Assembly (NCBI RefSeq): GCF_000181795.1
Contig: NW_003526948.1
Coordinates: 1,191,444 to 1,255,443 of the forward strand
DNA length: 64,000 nt
Reading direction: 5' to 3'
Source of the DNA: Trichinella spiralis
Taxonomy: Eukaryota
The stretch's first letter is position 1, and each line of letters opens with the position of its first letter. The translations under genes were made by a program, and so were the position numbers. Shown here piece by piece: positions 56,037-64,000 of this stretch. The notes under the pieces are model-generated. The model was not told the DNA's origin. It ran no database searches and was given only the letters and a program-made list of their open reading frames with translations.

Positions 56037-58017
56037 ATGTACTACACACTGGCACACAACCAAACTGAATTGCCTGCTGTCCACGTTGCTAACAATGTCG
56101 CATTTTACATATTTTTTTTATTAATCGGAATCTGGGCGTTGATGTTCAACTTGATCTTATTGCTAATAATTAAAAAAGTGAATCCTATAAAGCCAAATTT
56201 GATGTTCATCTCAGGTAATTGCTTTTCAATTTAATGAACTTCTTAACGTGCTTTATCAATATAGCAATTTCATTCATACTTTCAAAAAATATTTTATCTG
56301 ATATCAAGAAAATAATTTGGTTATTTTTCATTCGTTTTGGAAAATTCCAAGCTTCACCATATTACCAAAGCTTCAAAAGTTGTTGACTCGTTAATTGTAT
56401 TAAATTTATGTTTAGCGCTTGCTATTGCAAATATTTTTGGTGGAATGGGTTGTATAGCGGAAAATACACGAAAATTTGTTTATGGTTTTATTCACCAACC
56501 TTCGAAATCTACAATTGGCGAATGCTTTTCCAGCTCTCCTCATTTGTGCCTTTACACAATCGCTTATTCAATATTTACATATTTTCAACTTGCAGTTGGT
56601 TTGGAACGCTTGTTATCTTTTTATCGCCTTGGATTGCATTATGTGATATTTACGAAAACTCGGGCAAAAATTATCTGCCTAGTCTGCACATTACTGTCAT
56701 TCATCATTCCAATAATAATATTCATTAATGTTGGGATGAATACTGGAAATATTGTCACAGGTCGCTGCAGGTCTGGTGAAATTATTTCACAACAAACTCT
56801 CGACGGAAATGCATACTTCCTGTTCTTTCTCAATGCAATTAGCATTATGATTTTTATCTGCACACTGTCATTTTTCAACAGACAGGTAAGAAAGTCTTCG
56901 TTTAGAAATTTCTTCAAAATTTAAATAATTTTGCACATATCACATTTACGTGTCTATTTTTAGAAAAGTTAATTACGAAAGTTTTTCAATTGCATCAGTC
57001 ATTTCTATGTTCATGACATTTGCATGGCCAGCAAAATTGCACAGCATTGAAAATGTTGCGTTTTTCTTATTTGTCTAGCAAAAATTGGAACCTCCACTTA
57101 TTGCACATTTGTTTATCACATCTTATATATAAATGTTCTGTAGAAATGCAAATTTGTGCATGGCATAGTGGCTGTTGTAAGCCTGTAAGAAATTCTTTGT
57201 CCAAGTCGTTCATAAGTTGTGGAGTTGATGAACAGCTCATGCTGTATGTATTTCACGTGAAATTAGTTCTTTTCTAATGGAAAAGTTTAAACTGATTATA
57301 AGCATTTTTAATAATCTTGAACAATTTTACCATGGATTAATATTATATTAACTCGATATTATGAAGCATTCAGAGCATAGCACATCATTGATCCTATAAT
57401 ACTGATGAAGCATCAAATATTAAATTTCAAGTCAGACAGTGCATTTTACTTTTTGTCACTTTTTTTCACATAAATAGTCAATAATGTTTAACTGATTAAA
57501 AATAGCTGCATACAGTTTCTTTACAATTTATTATTTTGTAGTAAGAAAAGGAATTTATAAATGAACTAATTAATAATGCATACTGGAAATAACATTTAAA
57601 AGAATATTTCATATTTAAAAAATAAGTTGTAAGAAGAAAAGAAATCATGATTAATTAAAAAAGGTTTGATAATTTTTCAATTTTTTACATTTTTAGAAAC
57701 GAGAAATACGAACTGAAATGCGCATTCTTCAGCTGAAGGCAGAATTTCGGATAGCCAAATGCGTTTTCAGTGCGCTGATGACTACGGCAATTTGTCAATC
57801 ACTGCCATGGGCAATTATATATATATTTCCAAAAAATCAATATACACTGTTTGCTTTTGATTTTCTTGGAGAGCTTTCATCGCTCAGCTGGCCCATTACA
57901 GCTTTAATGCTTATGTTTATGCATCCAGATTTAAGCCATGATGCAATGAAGAAATTCAGATGGAACAGTTGCTGCTCCAAATCAACTTCAACTTCTGTCG
58001 TATACATTGGAGAATAA
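56037..58017 (+). CDS. Seven-transmembrane receptor, nematode chemoreceptor-like (possibly srsx-type); 3 exons
   Basis: Exons 56037-56177, 56352-56885 and 57697-58017 join in phase 0. Features: N-terminal NQT sequon, TM1 with conserved N, TM3 ending AVGLERL (DRY-like), extracellular cysteines, basic third loop KREIRTEMRILQLKAEFRIAK, TM6 CQSLPW, TM7 WPITALMLMF followed by HPDL. Confidence 0.8.
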
Positions 58018-58534
58018 TCGTCAATATGAAATATATCACATCATTATAACTTACAAAATGTACGTTGAAAATAATACAAAATGTCATATATTAGTAAATG
58101 ATTTTACAAGTTCATTCTTTGAATACTTATAAAAGCGCTGCATAGTTTGACAATACAAATGATCATCAGTGAAATTTTTAAATGAGGTTACTTTTAGCTT
58201 GTCACTTGTTTTTAATTTAGCTACGCATTTCAATACTATCAGATGTATTAATATGAAAAATAACTTTTCAAACATCTTTTTGTATTTTTGCTTTGTGACA
58301 TGCTTCTGGAAAATGCTAACATTCATATTGCATATATTTTTGTTGAATTTACATTCCACATGGGCCACCATTAAATTACTTAATTAACTTTTTTCACATT
58401 TTAATGTGCATAGTTTTCAATTAATGGCAAAAAGTGCAAACTGAATTTTTTATTTATAATACTGTCAACGATGCTGTTGATGCAGCATGTTGAAAATGAA
58501 GAAATCAATATGATGCCATTCGTGTGCTGATTTC

Positions 58535-58565
58535 GTTGTCACGGACACACGATTGTCATGGAAAC
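58535..58565 (+). promoter_or_regulatory. Tandem X-box (RFX/DAF-19) motifs upstream of BBS9
   Basis: ATTGTCATGGAAAC (58552-58565) fits RTHNYYWTRRNRAC, and GTTGTCACGGACAC (58535-58548) is a near match; they lie 41-71 bp before the ATG of a ciliary gene. Confidence 0.75.
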
Positions 58566-58605
58566 AACGGTTGTAGCTATTTGTGCTCTTAGATTTGCTT
58601 GAACA

Positions 58606-60803
58606 ATGTCACTTTTTCAAACTAAAGAACTGTGGCAATGCAAATTAAATGATGCTGCTGATTCGAGCTTTTTGTGCCTTTCGGTTGCTAATTTAATAGG
58701 GAAATCAGGTTTTTGCTTAAACTTTTTGAATACGCTTAAACATTCAAATAAACTTTTAATTTTAAGATCAAATAATAATTGGCACCAGCAATGGTTTTCT
58801 ACACATTTATGAACCTTGTACAAAGCAAGAAGAAATTTCCAGCTTAAATCCAGCAGACTCTCACGATGGATTGCTTTTAGTAAAAGAGTTGAAATATCCC
58901 ATCCTTCAAACTTTATGTGGAAAATTTAAAACGTAGAAGCTTCAGTTTTTCGTTCATAACATCGTACTACTGTATAATGTTTCGTTTAGCAATACTAACA
59001 AACTTCAGTTGTGCATATTGCACCAGAAAAGCGTTGCCGTATATTCAATGCAAGGTAATGTTCAATTAAAATGTTTACAATCATTTATTCAATTTAACTT
59101 TATTGTAAAATACATTTCAGAAAGATTTAGTAAAACATTCTTACACGGCAAAGATTACCATCTGGAAATCCTGTATGAATATCCCCTTTCACACAATGCA
59201 TATAATATGATTAGCGGATCTCTCAATGACCATGATGGTATGCACTTGTTGATTATACATCTTATATAGATCCATTTTTTATAATAAATGTTACAGATTC
59301 CAACTTCATATGCGTCCAATCACTGGATGGAGTTTTATATATATTCGAGCAAGAAATGAATGCTTTCAGTCATTATCTTCCAGATTTTCTTTTACCAGGA
59401 CCTCTTTGCTTTTCCAATGAAGTTAATCTGTTTCTAACAGTTTCTTCTACATGGGATGTGCAGACATTCAAGTAATAGTTGATTTGAATTTTCATCTTTT
59501 TCATACTAATTTATTGTTTAGATATGAGAAAATATTGTTGAATGCCAACAGATTGTCTACAGCTGAAAACAAAGCTGATGAAAAAAGACAACTGCTAATA
59601 GTAATGCATTCATCTTTTTAAAGTATCCTTACATTTATTAATATTCCTCAGCAAATATGAATTGAATTCTTTAATTTGAAAATCAAAAGATTTTTTAGTA
59701 ATTTAAAATATCAACTGCTTTATAATTTTATGCATAAACTGGTAAAATAAAACCGTATAAAACGTCCAGAAGGATTGTTCAATAAAAATAATCATTTTGT
59801 TTCAAAACTATTTACAGTATTTATGAATTTTAGCCTGAATGGCAATACTTATTGGGAGAAAGAGCTGTTGAGGTGGCAGCAGTTGAAGATCCCACAGCTT
59901 TGTTTTCTTTTATCATTTTAGGTAATCAATTTGAAGCAAGCGTTTTAAAACTCAAAAGAACAACATTGACATTCCACAGATGAAAGCATATTTGATGCAA
60001 TTGTGCATTTGCTTTGAATTTTAGGAGAGCAGAATTTGTTTTGTTTTTCCTGCAATGGTGCCCTTGTTACAATGAAAAGACTAGATTATGCTCCTTTGTG
60101 CCTACACTTTTATGGATTGAGTAAGCGAATATAAAAAACAAAATTACATTTTCAAATTCCACTCTTGCACACATGAATTCATCACTTGATCAATTAATAA
60201 GCATTATATTATACACATGGTACTTTTTAAGCGCAAGATTCAAAAGTCCGTTACATCACTACAACTGATGATGGAACAATGCTATTTTACAATGATACAA
60301 CGCTAAGATGGGCAGCTAAACTGCCGTTTGTGCCTTTAAACTTAGCACTTGGTAGAATTAGGTAAAATAAGTTCATGCTTCTTTAAATTTAATTCCAGTA
60401 ATTAATCCTGCTGAAGAATGCTTTGTATAATTCTGGTGCTACTGCAGTTACTTTCTTTCAGAGGCATTGATGGTGTGATTGTGGCCTTAAGTTCAACAGG
60501 AAGTATTCATTGCGTATATCTTGGTACTGATCCAATGATTCAACAGATTAGATTGAAATGGCACTCTACAGAAACTTATGAAAAAAGATTAGAAGTTTAT
60601 AAAGAAATGACTCATAAAATGAAACGGTTAAAAATGAAAGACGGTAAAGTTTGAAGTAAATAAAGAAAATGCATTCTAATATTAAGAATTGCTTATATTT
60701 TAGATTTTATAGAATCTAGAATTCAACAAAAAGAACTAAATGTCGATATATTAATCATGAACAAATTTCACAAAGAATATGTAGGGGAATAGCTTGGTTG
60801 ATA

Positions 60804-60840
<37 letters not shown>

Positions 60841-62893
60841 GATCCAATCTTTAGAAATCTTTGATCCAATTTGGTGCTGAAGAAGAACTTGAACCAGCCT
60901 TTCTTATTAAAGTAAGCTTTTGCTAATCAGAATGCTTATTTGTACGTCAACGTGGCAGTTGTTTAACCGAACTGATAATTAATCATTTACCATCAATTTA
61001 TAAATCTCTAATTGTAAAATGTGTTGTAGTATATTTAAAAGATACTGATTAGAAGCATCATATCATTTTGTATTTTATTAACACAAACATTAGCACTTGA
61101 TGTATGTATTCTACACCTGATATAGGTGACAACAGATACTGTAAAATCATTGGAAAATCAATACCTATTGTTCAGACCATCAGATGCTGTAAGAATCGTT
61201 CCACAATTGGTGCATGTGCCTACTGCTGGTAAGAACAGTAAAAAAAATCGTCAAATTCCCACATTTGTTTGAATTATTTTGCATGCATTATCAAACTATG
61301 ACGACAGTTGCAATGGAACACATGCAAAAAGCAACTTCAAAAGCTGATTTTACCCTTTTATTTGATTCCAAAGTTTAGAAAAAACACCAAATTACTTTAC
61401 TTGTACTTTATGATTTAATTGCATGCAACAAATGAAAGTATACTATCATATTTTTAAGAGAAAACGTATGTACAGTATTTTAAAGTTTTCCCAGTGGTTG
61501 GTGCAATTCCAGTTGATAGTAGCGTTATCCTGGAAATTTATTACAATGCTGAAAATGGTGAATTCAAGCGATTTATACAACTGTATTATAATTGATTTTG
61601 CATGAATAAGGTCAAATCTTTTCAGGAGAACAGAAATTGTGGAAAGAGAATGTTGATCTACCCTTACTGACGTTCTATGATAGATGTTTAACAAAAAAAG
61701 TAGCCAGACACAAAGTAACGTTTGAAATAAATAAACCTATAGTACCGTTGGATAAATTATTTCACGGTATGGTAGCTTAACAAACTGAATGTGCATCCAT
61801 AAACAGAAACTGATAATATACGTTTCAGAATTAACTGGAAGGGGAAATATTGATGAAAATAATAATGCAATTGGTTTAAGGCAAATATATGGACAAGGAA
61901 CACCGACATTCATATTAGCATCAAAATCATCAAGTAAGCCATTCAGTTATCAGTAAAAGTTTTAAAATGTATAAATGATGTTTATGAGAAAGAAAAAATG
62001 AACCTAAAAAACTATTTCAGCAAAATATCGTATTCAAAGTGAATCATTAGAGTCACTTTGGTTTCCAACAAATGAAATCATGAAACGCCTAAGAAAAATA
62101 TACAGCAGCGATGATTTTGAAATTAAGCTGACAAGCGATATTCCTTTAAAAGAATATTTTTCAATAGTTGAAAACTTTGTACAAGTAAACACAAACTCGA
62201 AAAGTTGAATAAAGCTCACTACAATGAATCAATGACATTCATTGCAGCTAACAGAGAAACGTTCTGCCAAACGTACTTTGATTAATAAAAAGGCCGTTCA
62301 GGTACGAATAGTTCAACGTCAGTTTTTCATTAAACTAAAAGACATCCATTCCGGATCGTTGGCTGATCTTCATCAGGTGTTGCAGCAAATGAATAAAGAA
62401 GTAAGCATTCATCATAAAATTCGTTGAGGCTTCATTTTCTTAATGTTTCAGATAATTCACTTATTAGAAGAACATTCTAAAATTAATGCTTCACTGAAAA
62501 CTGCTTTAAATGCTCTTCGAGCAGGAAATCACTTGATGTCTACACTTATATGCTACAGTTATAACCTGAAAGGACGAGAAATGGAAAGCGTTGCAAAAGT
62601 TTTGGAAATATCTCCGGATGATGCATTTGGAGAGGTAAATATCACCCCCTGAATGCATTTTCAAATAATAACTATTTTAGAATTGGCTACCAAATGTGAT
62701 TGCAGGGTTGGAATCTCTTCAACAGTCAGCGGATAATCCGAAAAATGTAACACTTTCAGCTTATGAAGAAACTTCAGCTAACGAGTATTCGCTGTTTGAG
62801 CAACTATTAACTTCTTTAGTAAAAAAATTACAATCTGGGGAGAAGTTAACTTTGTATGAAGATAGTCCTGCAAATTTGAAACAATCTAATTGA
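58606..62893 (+). CDS. BBS9: BBSome subunit PTHB1 / BBS9, multi-exon
   Basis: MSLFQTKELW start, DQIIIGTSNGFLHIYEP, LLLVKELKYPILQTLCGKF, FICVQSLDGVLYIFEQE..., LPDFLLPGPL, LGEQNLFCF, TLRWAAKLP, GVIVALSSTGSIHCVYLGTDP, KYRIQSES, QVRIVQRQF; stop at 62891-62893. Confidence 0.95.
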
Positions 62894-63832
62894 CATTATA
62901 CCAATTTTAGTGATCATTTTTGAGCTCAATAAAAGTTCTCGCAAAGCAAAGTTTTCTTTCACGGCATACAACTGTAACAAGTTTAATTCAAAATATAAAA
63001 AGCATTAAAAGCAATTAATTATTCTTCACTTACCTTGACTGTCAGCTTTAGTTTTACAATTGATTAGAATTAAAGCGTCGCTTAAAGCAAAAAGTTGACT
63101 GCTTTCATTAAAGATAGTTTTAATTTTCATTTTGATTAACAGTTTAAATTCAATTCTGCTCAGTTCATTATTATTAGTAGAAACAGTAGTAGCCGTAGCA
63201 GTAGTAGTAGTAGTAGTAGTAAATTTATAGTTATTGTTATATCATTACTCCAAATGATAGCAATTTTTAATACCTATTTGAGGGATGTAAAATTCCGTAA
63301 TTGATTAAATGTTAGACGATTTATTGAAGCTGTCCTTTGTCCAATTACTGATTTTTAATCACCATGAAAGCAGCATATTCCATTTCCCTAACGTTAACAA
63401 GAAATGCATATATATATATATACGTATAATAATTTAACAGTTTCAAAGGAAAAATTTAGTAAAATTTCAAAATATCAAAATTTTACAATTAGTAGCCATC
63501 GGAATATGATCAGGTGTTAGCATTAAAAAAACTGCAATCATCATGCATGCATCGTTTGTATGATAAAGATTTTATAAAACGCATAGTTGGATAATAATTT
63601 TAACAATGAACAATCATTGTATTGCTTAAATTTCGCAGTGTCTTGAAGAATGCGAAGATAATGTATAACTGTGATGAACAGAACGGCTTTAAAAACTGGA
63701 TAGAAAATGGAATAACATGAACAGTAGGAAAGATTAATAGCAACTATAGAAAACGAAATAGGATAAACCCGAAGCAGGTTTCATTCAGTTGATTCAAAAA
63801 TATATTGATTGCTCTTTGCAATGTAATAATCA

Positions 63833-64000
63833 TCATTTATCATTATCGTAATCACAGATCATTTCTTGATCACTTGTTGAAAAACAACGGCTGCATTGAT
63901 TGTAAAATGAAAAATAAAAAAGTAAAATAGAAATGAAAACAATTTTTTACAATCAGTGAAGTACAAATCAGCCGAACAGTATACTGCTTGTAGTGAAGAA
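63833..64000 (-). CDS. Possible 3' end of a minus-strand gene running off the window
   Basis: Two short segments joined by a plausible GT-AG intron give ...SSLQAVYCSADF/RCFSTSDQEMICDYDNDK*. No homology recognised. Confidence 0.25.

Noticed and set aside
59613..59620. GTATCCTT, a U12-type 5' splice-site consensus in BBS9
   Set aside because: The exon frame closes at the ordinary GT at 59601; extending to 59613 region passes an in-frame TAA, so the motif is intron-internal.

Overview
AT-rich, intron-dense eukaryotic genomic DNA. Short introns, TTTCAG-type acceptors and the protein content point to a nematode, probably a clade I species such as Trichinella; this is inferred, not confirmed. I reconstructed ten protein-coding genes by eye, nine of them spliced: NUDT14 (+), calreticulin (-), ACAP/cnt-1 ArfGAP (+), MCTP (-), an intronless Mpv17/PMP22 gene (-), INPP5F/Sac2 (-), Lhx1/5 (lin-11, -), NDUFA7 (+), an orphan 7TM receptor (+) and BBS9 (+). 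The block at about 15-24.3 kb is repetitive. It holds a 1031-bp direct duplication, an inverted third copy interrupted by a long-TIR Mutator-like element, a hAT transposase remnant and a 10-N assembly gap. A separate hAT-type MITE sits in an ACAP intron. I found no clearly new multi-gene system. The most interesting signals are: a stop-free, in-frame, microsatellite-containing intron that splits the Sac2 catalytic CX5R motif; an 81-nt near-perfect hairpin just behind the INPP5F stop; a likely GC-AG intron in NUDT14; two transposon insertions defined by TIRs and TSDs; and readable regulatory motifs (UPRE plus CCAAT before calreticulin, tandem X-boxes before BBS9, a TCF-site cluster in a lin-11 intron). 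All alignments and family calls were made by eye and from memory, without tools.
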